Virus record (IMG/VR): IMGVR_UViG_3300045988_175865
Span: 30,001 to 62,000 of that record
DNA length: 32,000 nucleotides
Reading direction: 5' to 3' (one strand)
Source: a virus
Shown here: in pieces, positions 10,448 through 20,625 of the stretch
How the letters are laid out: each line of letters starts with the position of its first letter
How positions within the stretch are numbered: position 1 is the first letter of the stretch
Notes under the pieces: model-generated
Databases searched by the model: none
What the model was told of the DNA's origin: nothing
The model's input: only the letters and a program-made list of their open reading frames with translations
Program-made: the position numbers and the translations under genes

Positions 10448-11188
10448 CTATTTTACAAGAGATGGGTAAATACGTTCCCAATGTGGTACAAATGTTCCAT
10501 CTTCTTTACGTTCAGCAATAATAATATCTTTACCAGCTAAATGTTTGCATCGAGACCCAGTTAAGATTTCACCATTGTTTCCAAAATTAACACATAAATT
10601 ACCATCTAGATCTCTATGACAGAACCCAATACCATCTGACTTAGCGGAAAGAATTCGTTTTGTTTTTCCAACAAGATCAAGATCTTTTACACTACCTTCA
10701 AGTCCCTCGTTCAATGATATATCTTTTACATGGCCACATAAGATGATATTTGGAGCACATTTTGATACCATATCAATAATCTTTTCTAAGGCTAAGCGCG
10801 TCCACATATATCCCTGACCAGAAGGGAGATGAGTTACATCCGTAACATCGGCGTATTTATCACTATACACAGGAGAAGCCTTATATAAATTCAAAGCTAG
10901 AGGTTTTACCATTTCCTCTAGAGCAGTAATAGTATCAATCGTTATGTACTTATAAGGCTTCCCTGCATCGATAATTGCTTTACAGACCTCTTTAATTTCT
11001 TTAACTGTATTTACTTTAATCTTAAGTGCATCGATGTAATCAGTTCCTGACTCACAATCGATAATTAGATTGTTATCAAGAGTTGAAAGAGTTGTAGTCT
11101 TCCCGCACTTTGGCAATCCATAGAGAATCAAGTACTTAGGGTCTTGTATAGATGCTGGAATTTTACTTTTTGGTAATTCAATAGCCAT
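10448..11188 (-). CDS. AAA_24 / Sak4-like RecA-fold ATPase
   Basis: Walker A LYGLPKCGKTT near the N-terminus. Size (~246 aa) and overall layout match phage AAA_24 nucleotide-binding proteins. Stop TAG. Confidence 0.7.
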   Translation of the reverse strand: MAIELPKSKIPASIQDPKYLILYGLPKCGKTTTLSTLDNNLIIDCESGTDYIDALKIKVNTVKEIKEVCKAIIDAGKPYKYITIDTITALEEMVKPLALNLYKASPVYSDKYADVTDVTHLPSGQGYMWTRLALEKIIDMVSKCAPNIILCGHVKDISLNEGLEGSVKDLDLVGKTKRILSAKSDGIGFCHRDLDGNLCVNFGNNGEILTGSRCKHLAGKDIIIAERKEDGTFVPHWERIYPSLVK

Positions 11189-11190
11189 AT

Positions 11191-13735
11191 TTAAAAACTA
11201 AATTTATTTTTATTTCTGATATCTTTTACTTCTGTATCTTTTACAGTTGCATCTTTTATTTCTTTTTCTCTTCATGAAAGATAATCTTCATAATTTATTT
11301 CATCAGATTTAGGTAAAGGATAGAACATACCAATACTACCTTTGAAAGCAGACATGATAATTCTATTAGAAATACCATATCTATTTTTAAGAATAATAAT
11401 AGATCTACAAATATCTTGTAAACCATATCCTTCGTTATCATCCATTATTTTATATCCTCTATAACTTTTTAGTTGGGTTTTAAATGGACTAAATAATGCA
11501 ATACAAATATCAGCAGCTTGTAATGGTTCACCTGACTGTTGAATTTCATCCGCAGTAGGCTCTTCCATACCAGCTTTTCTCCTATCCATAGTTGTACTAT
11601 TTCTATTTTCTTGCATTATAATATCAAAACTAGTCTGACATAGTTCTCTAAATCTGACACAATAAGTTGATATAAGATCCATTTCTTCTTTTTTAGTTCT
11701 CCCTTTTTGAGGATTTACTAAAAGTAAATGATCAATAACAACATTAACTATTTGATTAGGATTATTTGGGGTATATATAGTTCTTTTTCCATCAGGACTT
11801 TTTTGAAAGGTTCCTAAACTTTTGTGGAGTTCCATCATTTCTGCATAAAAAGAATCTGCAGAGAGCTGTTTATCATATATAATAAACTTATGACTTATAG
11901 ATTCTAATCACTCACGAGCTTCAATTACATACTTATGTATATCATCTGGTAACTTATTAGTAAATGACATTAATTGCATATATGTAACTTCAATACCATA
12001 AGTTTCATATAAATATAAGCTTAATAATTTCGCCAACAATGTATTAGCACTTAGTTCAAGAGAAAAATAAACTATAATTATATCTTTATCTGGATAATCT
12101 TTTAAAATACGATATATATCTGTATATATAACAAAAGAGCTTTTCAATTTGTTATCTTACTTGCTTTTTATCAAGTAATTCTTATAGTTTCCTATAAGTT
12201 CAGCATATATTTTCATCTCTTTGAGATGTCGGATACTCTTGGGAAAATTATATTCTGTATAACAGGTTCATTTCCTATGCGTTACAATATAAAATAACTG
12301 TTAAATTACTTTATTATCTCGGGGTTAACATGCTTATATACAAAATTTGGATAATTATTCTGTACATATAGTTTAGCCTTCTCCGATATTACCCGATCAT
12401 TATCTCTAAAATCACTTTTAGAGACGGCAAAATTATGATTTTTAAAACACAAATATCTATAATATTTCCTATTTAAATAAATTGTAGAATTTTCATAAAT
12501 TCACTGTAAAAATTTAATACTATTATTTATATTACTTTTTATATCAAATATTAGATCACTTGTTTTATTTGCAACATATCATGTTCATGAAGTATTTGAA
12601 TATACTTCTATATTTTGTAAAATATTTTTAGTTCCAACAATACAACATCTTGGTTTAAAAATATTTTTACTACCTCCATAAGATAAACATCCATCACCAT
12701 CAAAATATCCTCTAATAAAATGTCTTATTAAATCTTTAGATTTAAAAATATTTTCATCAGGAAATTTTAAGACATAACTTTTATTTGGAACACATCCTTT
12801 TTCTATTAGAGCATCTTTAATATGTTTACAAGAAATAGCAAATCTACATCGTTGCAATTTATTATCAGTTCTTGGTAATCTGAAAATATTTAAGGCACTA
12901 TATAATTTTTCTAGATGTTCAATATCATCAATATGTAAATCACATGAGATATGGTAAGAATTTGTAGAAACATTACCATCAGCATATAAAAATCCCAATC
13001 AATATGCTTTTGTTTCTGTGTCTATTACATCAAAAAATGATTCATTTACTGTTTTACGATTTAGGTTGAAATTATGTTTTTTTAGAAACTTTGAAATAAC
13101 ACAACCTTGAGTATTATATAATTTACCTATTTCTTTCAGAGACATACCGTTATTAAAACAATCAATCATATTTTTTAAATCATTTAATTTAAACGTATAT
13201 GATATCCTATTACTTTTATGTGATAAATAAATTCCGCATCGTTTAAATAAATTACCTAATGCAGCAGATGTACAATTGCACAATTTAGAAACAGATTTAA
13301 GTGATATTTCAGGATTTTCATGAAATTTACATAAGGCTTCTTTAACTTTTACATCATTTACTTTATGTTTTCTAACATTCTTAAAATAAAAATCTAAAAG
13401 AATTAAATCTACAGCTTGTTTTGAAATATTTAATTTGTTGGATATTTCAAATGAATTTAAATTTTGTTTTCTTAGTTCTATTATTTTGTTTATCATAGTA
13501 AAAATTATTTTAATTTTTACTACAAAAATAACGCAATTTATTTATATTTACAAATATCTGCGTTGGAAATTATTAATGTTTTACCAACACTACTTTTGCT
13601 GAATATTAACTTATATACACCCTTTTTAAATCCTCCAGTATAAAAATCCAATTTTAAAAGTCCTGTTTTAAGACCTATATTTTTACCTTCTCGCCCGTCT
13701 TCTATTTTAGAATATAATTCACCTACCAAACTCAT
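11191..13735 (-). CDS. DnaB / T7 gp4-like replicative helicase, split by a group I intron (exon 1 13583..13735, exon 2 11191..12144)
   Basis: Exon 1 reads ...GLKTGLLKLDFYTGGFKKGVYKLIFSKSSVG. Joining to exon 2 completes the P-loop as SSVG|KSSFVIY. Exon 2 passes through TGA at 11908 and 11272 to TAA at 11191. Confidence 0.75.
12145..13582 (-). mobile_element. group I intron with LAGLIDADG homing-endonuclease ORF, inserted in the helicase P-loop codons
   Basis: The 5' exon ends GGT| and the intron ends ...GATAACAAATTG| (G at 12145). Core blocks at 12201-12216, 12275-12286 and 12317-12333 are shared with the nrdJ and ferritin introns. The ORF is in a different frame from both exons. Confidence 0.7.
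12306..13496 (-). CDS. LAGLIDADG homing endonuclease with N-terminal HTH repeats (intron-encoded)
   Basis: Track ORFs 12999..13496 and 12585..12998 are in one frame. Motif 1 is KAYW(TGA 12999)LGFLYADGNV and motif 2 is IRGYFDGDGCL. The frame continues through TGA at 12585, 12579 and 12501 to TAA at 12306. Confidence 0.8.
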
Positions 13736-14340
13736 TAAGCAGTTGTATAAACATCATAAGTACTGGTCTTACCTTGTATTCCCTTTATTTTCATTTCTTC
13801 AAATTCGTTTCACTTACAAGAAGCAACAAATTCAATAATAGGAATATGAATAAGATCGTTCATCTTAGCTCATTCTAATATTTCTAATACTTCTCGATGT
13901 TTACTTATACTATGTCCAATAGTTGATGCGTATCAAAAATAAAATTCTTGTAGGTCTCTAAATTTCTTAGAAATATTCTTTAAACTTACAATCTTACCAT
14001 TTAGATACAACGTTGTTGGATATGCATCCATTAACTCTTGTCCTAGTTCTCCAGTTAATTTGAAATACTGTTTAATAAAGTTTTGATTAAACTCTATTTC
14101 ATCAGGATCATAACAATTAGGATTATAATTTTTCTTAATAATACCTTTATCTTTGAGAGAATTAAATAAACTTTTTAATCGTTTATTACCACCGCCGTCA
14201 TATCATTTTTTGAAATAAATACGATGCTCTTCGGGATTTCCATTCTCCGTTTGTGCAATAAAAGTTAAATATATTAACAAAACTTCATCAGCTGTTAACT
14301 GATATTTAGTCATAATATTTAAAATCGTATCTAACTTCAT
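13735..14340 (-). CDS. hypothetical protein (position suggests a helicase-associated or loader role, unproven)
   Basis: ATG 14340-14338 to TAA 13737-13735, 201 codons, with four in-frame TGAs (for example 14203-14205). Invisible in the standard-code ORF track. The stop overlaps the helicase ATG (TAATG). Confidence 0.55.
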
Positions 14341-14388
14341 ATAATACGATTAAAAGTAAACATAACGTATTACGTTAGATCTTTTAAA

Positions 14389-15612
14389 TTAAAATCTATG
14401 CTCTATATCTATTATGCCTTTTTTGGGTCTAGTAGAAATTTCACCACCTTTTAATATAACATCTAACTGATCCTCAGTAATAGTTATATAAGATTGATTT
14501 TTATTAGCATTATTATACCAAGTTTCTTCTATAGAACCTGCAATCACTAATGTAAAAAACTCTGCAACTTTATTTTCTTCAGCTCTGATCACACGGCCAA
14601 TACGTTGTAAATCAGTCACTTGAGAAGAATTACAAGTTAAAGCTATACCTACAGATAATCCTCTAACATCGACACCAGCATCTAAAGCTTTAGGAGAAAC
14701 AATATTAGCAATATCTAATTGATTAAATGTTTCAAGAATTATCCTATTCTCCTTTTTCTTTTTCTGACTATGCAATACTAAAGCTCTGGATTTAAATAGC
14801 TCTGCATCTTTTACAGTAGCAGTAAACAATATACATTTCTTGTCTCGTCTAAAGTCTAGAATTTTATTTGCAACTTCAAACTTTTTAGGATGAGTCATGA
14901 CAAAAGTTTTTCTTAGCTTTAAGTATTTCATAAACTGAGCTAAGTAACCTCTTGTAGCATTATCACTTTTCCCATATTTTTGGGCCCAAATTTTCACTTT
15001 TTTGGGTGATTTGACTAGCTCCATCACCAGTTTAAAATCGTGATTAAAATAAGCAAATAATTGTTGGAATTTAGCATTATACTCTCAATATTTCTCCATA
15101 TCAACATGTAGAAGAACTTTATATTTTCTGTATGAAGATACTCAGTTATTTTCTAATGCTTCTTGTAATGTAATTGTATCACAAACGGACATAAACTGTT
15201 CAAGATATTTTTCACTTCCGTCTAGACGAGTTCAGGTTGCAGTTAATCCTAAAAGATATTTATATTCTACACAGTTATAGATATTGATAAACGTTGGACT
15301 TGCAGATAAATGACATTCATCTACTACTAATAGGTCAACTTGATATTGCTGTTTAATGATAGTATTAAATATTTCTACTTTACAGATAGAAAAGAGTTGG
15401 TTTTTAGCCAACTCTCTATTTCACTGTTCTTTCAAAACATCTGTTGGAACAGCAACTAATACTACGATGTTAGGATTATGCTTATATAACGATTTAATAA
15501 CCATTATACTACCATTTGTTTTACCTGTGCCAGTAGCCCATTCAAGTACACCTCTACCACCACTATCAATTCAGCGTCTTATACCTAATTTCTGACGTTC
15601 ATCTCGGTTCAT
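14389..15612 (-). CDS. SF2 (DEAD/DEAH, ResIII-type) DNA helicase
   Basis: The N-terminal half is recovered with five in-frame TGAs (the first at 15571-15573). Motif I is ATGTGKT, motif II is VVDECH and motif III is GLTATW. Motif VI QRIGRVIR is in the track ORF 14389..15027. Stop TAA. Confidence 0.8.
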
Positions 15613-15648
15613 TAAAGATACAAAAAATTGATTAGATATAAAAATAAG

Positions 15649-16494
15649 CTACTCTTTACTTGTCTTTTCGAATATTGGTAATGAAATATTTCTTGCTTCA
15701 GCCACTCGTTGAATATTAGACATTAAAGTATTCCACTTATTTATATGATAATTTAAATCATTATCTAGTAATAATAATATTTTATCTCTTAATGTCTTTA
15801 GTGCTATAGTTGACAATGATGTTATCTTAGGTAAAGAGGTAAGCTGAACTAATGAACGAAATTCAGAAAAAGATAATCCTGTTGGACTAACTCGAAGTTT
15901 AATATCAGGATTCAAACATAATCTTTCCTTAATTACTTCCATTCTGTTACGTACTCTACCATTACTATCGACTTCAGTTAACTCAACTTTTTCATTATCC
16001 GTTAACCAGATTCCCTGTGCTAAAATAAACTTATCAGTAATCATTTTCTTATTTAAAATATCAAGTTTATCAAAACAAGCATCCATGAGACGACTAACAG
16101 TTACCTTTTCAAAAATAGGCTCAAGTCCGTTAAATAGAACTGAAATAGATTCATTAAGTATATCCTCTTCATGGGAGGATCTTTGACTATTTATATAGTC
16201 AAGAATATCTTTCTTTGTTTTTATATCAGTGTCGCAGTCATGTAAAAGATATCTTACAAATAACTCTGTATTACAAGCATCCCATGTTTTATGAATATTT
16301 TCTCGAACGACATATTTGCCAGGGGACCATGGATATGCATTGTATAACATCTCATAACAGTGCTTATATCATTTCCTAATATCCTCTTCAGGAGCTGTCA
16401 TAAGTTTTACATCGTTACCACTTTTATCTTTCCACGTTAATGATTCAATAGAATCCATTGCATTTTGCAATTTTTCACCAAATTCTGTACACAT
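15649..16494 (-). CDS. hypothetical protein
   Basis: Track ORF 15649..16350 extends upstream through TGA 16369-16371 to ATG 16494-16492. Stop TAG. Confidence 0.55.
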
Positions 16495-16495
16495 A

Positions 16496-16846
16496 CTATT
16501 CAAAATCAAATTTGTCTTGTTTACATATATCTTTTTGTTTAAAGAAATTTATAAAATAATTATTACTATAATTATAAACTTCAAAATCTTTTAAATTTTT
16601 GTTAAACCATTGAGTAATACCACCTTCTACATATTGAAATTGTAAATAACCAATATCACCAACTTCAAATGTGTCAGCAGTATCCCAGTTTGGAAGTCTA
16701 ACTATTGTAACATATTTTAAATCGTCTGTTATATTACGATTTAGGTCTTCAACAACTATTTCAGTATATTGTCCTTCTTGAATAACTAAGACTTTACAAT
16801 ATATTGTTACTGCTTGAGGGGTCATAATATCTACAGGTTTCTCCAA
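16496..16846 (-). CDS. hypothetical protein
   Basis: 116-aa ORF. It overlaps the 3' end of the phosphoesterase gene by 53 nt, or 32 nt if it starts at the second Met. Stop TAG. Confidence 0.4.
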   Translation of the reverse strand: MEKPVDIMTPQAVTIYCKVLVIQEGQYTEIVVEDLNRNITDDLKYVTIVRLPNWDTADTFEVGDIGYLQFQYVEGGITQWFNKNLKDFEVYNYSNNYFINFFKQKDICKQDKFDFE

Positions 16847-17600
16847 TGTTAAGTAATCGAAAACAGATATTATCTACAATTTGAGTATTGCTTTGATGGA
16901 AATGTCCGTAATACCAATTAGTAATATCATCTTTATAATCATTATAGACCATATCCATAACAGCTCTCTCCTCTTCTATATCCTTTAATAATTCATTATC
17001 GTATTGAGAGTATTCTTGTACAATACTCCCCTTATCTGTTGGAAAACAGAATGAAGGAGCTGTATGAGAACAGATAATATCTATTTTCGCGTCAACTTTA
17101 GGTCGATATTGAACAATCTCATCTTCCCAATACGTCTTAGGAGCATTTAGTTCTGCTGTTTTATAGTCACAATTGTGGTATTTCATATATCTAACTATAT
17201 TAATAGAATCATTTTGCTTCCTAATAATTCTATCTACAGATGTAGCTCCTCCAATACAAAGAATATTAAGATTACAAGTATTTATTATAGTATAGTCAGG
17301 AACACACTTAACATAATTAGTATTAATAAGTTGATTATTGTAATACTTTGGGTTACTGTGATTTCCTCTAATCCAAATAAATATATCATTAAACTTTTTT
17401 AATACTTTATGTAATTCAGGAATTACATGATCTGTATAATGTTTCAACCGCTCAAATCCTATTCCCACATCTCCGCAGAAAATAAATACTGAATTTTTTA
17501 TTTTATATTGTCGAATGTTATGTATAACTGAATTCCATTCTCCATGTACATCTCCAACTATGTAGAGGTCTTTAATTGTATCAGGAAGATTAATTGTCAT
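16794..17600 (-). CDS. calcineurin-like metallophosphoesterase
   Basis: Motifs GDVHGEW, CGDVGIG, RGNHSNP and YGHFH occur in the canonical order. Confidence 0.8.
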   Translation of the reverse strand: MTINLPDTIKDLYIVGDVHGEWNSVIHNIRQYKIKNSVFIFCGDVGIGFERLKHYTDHVIPELHKVLKKFNDIFIWIRGNHSNPKYYNNQLINTNYVKCVPDYTIINTCNLNILCIGGATSVDRIIRKQNDSINIVRYMKYHNCDYKTAELNAPKTYWEDEIVQYRPKVDAKIDIICSHTAPSFCFPTDKGSIVQEYSQYDNELLKDIEEERAVMDMVYNDYKDDITNWYYGHFHQSNTQIVDNICFRLLNIGETCRYYDPSSSNNIL

Positions 17601-17606
17601 AACTTT

Positions 17607-17975
17607 TTATATTTTAAACCCTCCGATTGGAAGGGAATAAATATTATATATTTTGTTGTTAATCTCTATATAATATCTATAAGAGTTAAAGATATTAATA
17701 CAATAAAAGAAATCATTCTTATACTTAATATCACTAAGATAAAAACCTGATTCCTCAGGATTACTAAGGAGGTTTATATCAAATTTTAGAAGATATGGTG
17801 GCAAGATATTCACATTACTAACTCTAAAGACTATTTTTAGTCCAAAACTAGAGTTGAATTTAGTTTTTGGTACATATGCTAAAACCCCCATTCCAATATT
17901 TAAACAGGCTTTAATATAATTAGGATCGTTTCTGTAGACAATTATGTTATGCTGTTCGAGCTCCAGTATAGACAT
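17607..17975 (-). CDS. hypothetical protein
   Basis: 122-aa ORF, stop TAA. Its ATG lies 1 nt downstream of the ferritin TAA (TAATATG). Confidence 0.45.
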   Translation of the reverse strand: MSILELEQHNIIVYRNDPNYIKACLNIGMGVLAYVPKTKFNSSFGLKIVFRVSNVNILPPYLLKFDINLLSNPEESGFYLSDIKYKNDFFYCINIFNSYRYYIEINNKIYNIYSLPIGGFKI

Positions 17976-17976
17976 A

Positions 17977-19628
17977 TTAGTCTATGTCCCCCTTATAGGC
18001 ATTCATAATAGATTTTTCCTTTCTAAGCCAAGAGCCCTCAGTTTCTGCTATATCTAGAACAGTACGGCTAATAGATTCTTCTTCTCAATTTTGTTATCGT
18101 ATAGCTTTTTATCTATACTTCTTATACTTCATTTTGTATAAGCTCAGCATATATTTTCACCTTCAGCATTATCTGTTAAGGGTAAATCACTCGTGGGTTT
18201 ATTTTATTCTAATCTGTTATTAATATTTTATAATTGTATATAGCGTTGTATACCTGTTTTGGAAGTATATTTTTATATTTGTTAGCATATTCCTTTAAAC
18301 AAGTTTCTTTCTCTTTCTTATATGCTCTAAATGCTTCTTCAATTGTAGAAAAAGTTCCTATATGTTTTTTCTTATTCATATAATTAATTTGAGCAATTAT
18401 TTTATTGTTTTTGATTCTGACTCCTATTGGAGTATTACCTCTACATTGAAATCTTCAAGTAATAGCAGTATTAATTTCCTTTGGGATAAAACAACAATAA
18501 TTTGGAGAATAAATTTTATTCCCCTTTACCAAGAAATCTTTATCTATAACAAATGATTCGTTATAACAATTATTATAATATCAATCCGCAAAATTCTGAA
18601 AATTTAATCATTCTTTACAAACAGTAACTCCATTTCCTCCATAGTTATTATATTCAGAAACTTTTGGACAATAACATCTTCCAATCATTTCTTTCCAAAT
18701 TTTATAACATCGAGTTTGTTTACCGTTTTTGTCCCTAGAACTATATTGACCTACTCCAAAATAACCTGTATTGTATACAGACGGATAATAAGGATCTTTA
18801 ACAGAGCCCTTTTTTAGATTACCTAGTTCAGCAGTAATAATAGTACCTGTTTGTAAAAATTTTATTATTACATTATATGAATCAATATATTCTAGAATGA
18901 TAAAATCTCCAGAACTATTTGAAGTCATAATTTTATTTTCATAAATTTGTTTGTTATTTGTCATATATCATAATATTTTAATTAAACATAGTACAAATAT
19001 ACAAATTCTTTTTCAGACTCACAAACAAATTAGGTTCAAAACCTATGCGTTACACTGACTTAATATATTACTATTAAGTTTAGCACGGTATTAGCATCTC
19101 AGCCTTCACCGTTTTTGATTTATTCTATTCTACTTATTTCTAAGCAGACAGGCAGAATTCTACCTGCTCGTTCACTAACATTCCTGTCTCTTTATTATGC
19201 CCGTTCAACCAGTTGAAAGTAGCCCAATCACCCTCATTAGCTGCCTGATCAACAATTTCATTAATCATTTGAGTAGTTTCAATTTCAAGATCTACGGTAA
19301 TCTTAAAAGGATCTACCATATCTTCTACTTTCTTATCAAACTGCTCAATAGTAGGATAAATATACTCTGCATCGTTTTCATTTAAATATTTACGAATCCA
19401 GGAATGATGTAAGTATTCTTCATCTGCTCTTTGTTTGTAATACTCTTCAAGAATAACAAATCCTCTAACACCAAAGTAATTTGCAAAATTCATATACGCA
19501 TTATGATTTTGCAATTCATGCTTAAGCTGACGAAGAAGTAGTTTTTGAATTTCAGCACTTAAAGTGCATTCACGCCTACTAACATCCTTTTTTTCTACAG
19601 GATCATTTGCCTCATTTTTAATTATCAT
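17977..19628 (-). CDS. ferritin-like di-iron protein, split by a group I intron (exon 1 19162..19628, exon 2 17977..18085)
   Basis: Ferroxidase-type residues appear in ELQNHNAYMNFANYF...ADEEYLHH...EIETTQMINEI. Joining the exons gives ...MLVNEQV|EEESISRTVLDIAE..., matching the bacterial ferritin segment VSEQHEEEKLF. Stop TAA at 17977. Confidence 0.7.
18086..19161 (-). mobile_element. group I intron with HNH/AP2-like homing-endonuclease ORF, inserted in the ferritin gene
   Basis: The 5' exon ends ...CAGGT| and the intron ends ...GATAACAAAATTG| (G at 18086). That 3' end is nearly identical to the helicase intron's. Shared core blocks are at 19083-19098, 19043-19054 and 18145-18160, with the ORF inserted between the last two. 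Confidence 0.7.
18209..18964 (-). CDS. intron-encoded homing endonuclease-like protein (degenerate HNH plus AP2-type DNA-binding domain)
   Basis: Track ORF 18608..18964 continues through TGA at 18608, 18581 and 18455 to TAG at 18209. Sequence: YKIWKEMIGRCY...VCKEW-LNFQNFADW-...IDKDFLVKGNKIYSPNYCCFIPKEIN...GVRIKNNKIIAQINYMNKKKHIGTFSTIEEAFRAY. The last stretch is an AP2-like pattern. Confidence 0.65.
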
Positions 19629-19665
19629 AAATTAGGTAATTTAAAGTATAAAACATTTCTGCTAT

Positions 19666-20028
19666 CTAGTAAATATGGATCCTATAACTCTCCTTATGAA
19701 AGTTAAAGTTAAATTGATTTTCTAATAACCAGTAAATATCAGAATATATTGTGAATTCATGATTATTAATTACAAATCTAAGATAAAAACTATCATAAGT
19801 AGTTAAATACCTAGTAATATCTTGTTCATTAAAATAGATAATATTTATACCCTCAAGTTCAATACCTAGATTCTCAAACTCTACTGTAAGTTCTTCACTT
19901 CCACAAACATCAATGATAGATAAGTACCTGTCAGTTTTTTTGTCAAATCCATCAATATACCCTCTCATGTGATTAACACAAGGATACCAATGATTACCAA
20001 CTCTTTTCAAAGTTAATTTCTTTTCCAT
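19666..20028 (-). CDS. hypothetical protein
   Basis: 120-aa ORF, stop TAG. No motif recognised. Confidence 0.5.
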   Translation of the reverse strand: MEKKLTLKRVGNHWYPCVNHMRGYIDGFDKKTDRYLSIIDVCGSEELTVEFENLGIELEGINIIYFNEQDITRYLTTYDSFYLRFVINNHEFTIYSDIYWLLENQFNFNFHKESYRIHIY

Positions 20029-20030
20029 AG

Positions 20031-20474
20031 TTAATTCTGTTTAATATCTTCCTTTGGATTGATTACTGTTGCAGCAATATTAGCATAACAATCTGCAAGT
20101 TCATTAAATTTATTATTATTGTGGCCTTTTAATCAAAAGAACTTTACTTTATGAAAGTGTAATAGATTAACTATTTTAACTCATAGATCCATATTCTTCT
20201 TTGAATTATCTTGCTCTGCAATTCATCTATATACATGACCATTGTTAATACTACTAACAATATAACTTGAATCAGAATATATTTCTAAATTCCTAGGTTC
20301 CTTAAAATATTCTAAGGAGTATAGAACTCCCATTAATTCTGCTCTATTGTTAGTAGTATGTATATAACCTTGATATAAAATCTTAATTACTTTGTTGTCC
20401 TCAGTAATTATAGAGGCATAACCCCCTTGGTCTGTTGTTGGTTTGTAACTTCCATCAGTATAGATTCTAATCAT
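20031..20474 (-). CDS. rnhA: ribonuclease HI
   Basis: Sequence: MIRIYTDGS...GGYA...TNNRAELMG...IYSDSSY...RW-...NMDLW-...VKFFW-LKGH...NELADCYA. The three W positions are TGA codons at 20223, 20181 and 20133. Stop TAA at 20031. Confidence 0.8.
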
Positions 20475-20625
20475 CAATAATTTCAGCATCGTCAAACTCA
20501 ATAACTCTTATAGTTCCCTTAAAGGCAGCCTCTCTAGAAACTAGAAAGTTATTAAAATCTTCTATAAATGCATCTTTGTTTTTATCTTCTATACTAATAT
20601 AACCATTAAAAATGATGTCAACCAT
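20467..20625 (-). CDS. small hypothetical protein (52 aa)
   Basis: ATG 20625-20623 overlaps the upstream TAA (TAATG). MVDIIFNGYISIEDK...EIIDD, stop TAG at 20467, overlapping the rnhA start. Too short for the ORF track. Confidence 0.3.
   Translation of the reverse strand: MVDIIFNGYISIEDKNKDAFIEDFNNFLVSREAAFKGTIRVIEFDDAEIIDD

Noticed and set aside
12306-13496. LAGLIDADG domain as an intein within the DnaB-like helicase
   Set aside because: The endonuclease ORF is in a different frame from both helicase exons. It has its own ATG and stop, and non-coding sequence with stops flanks it. The insert carries the group I core blocks shared with the nrdJ and ferritin introns.
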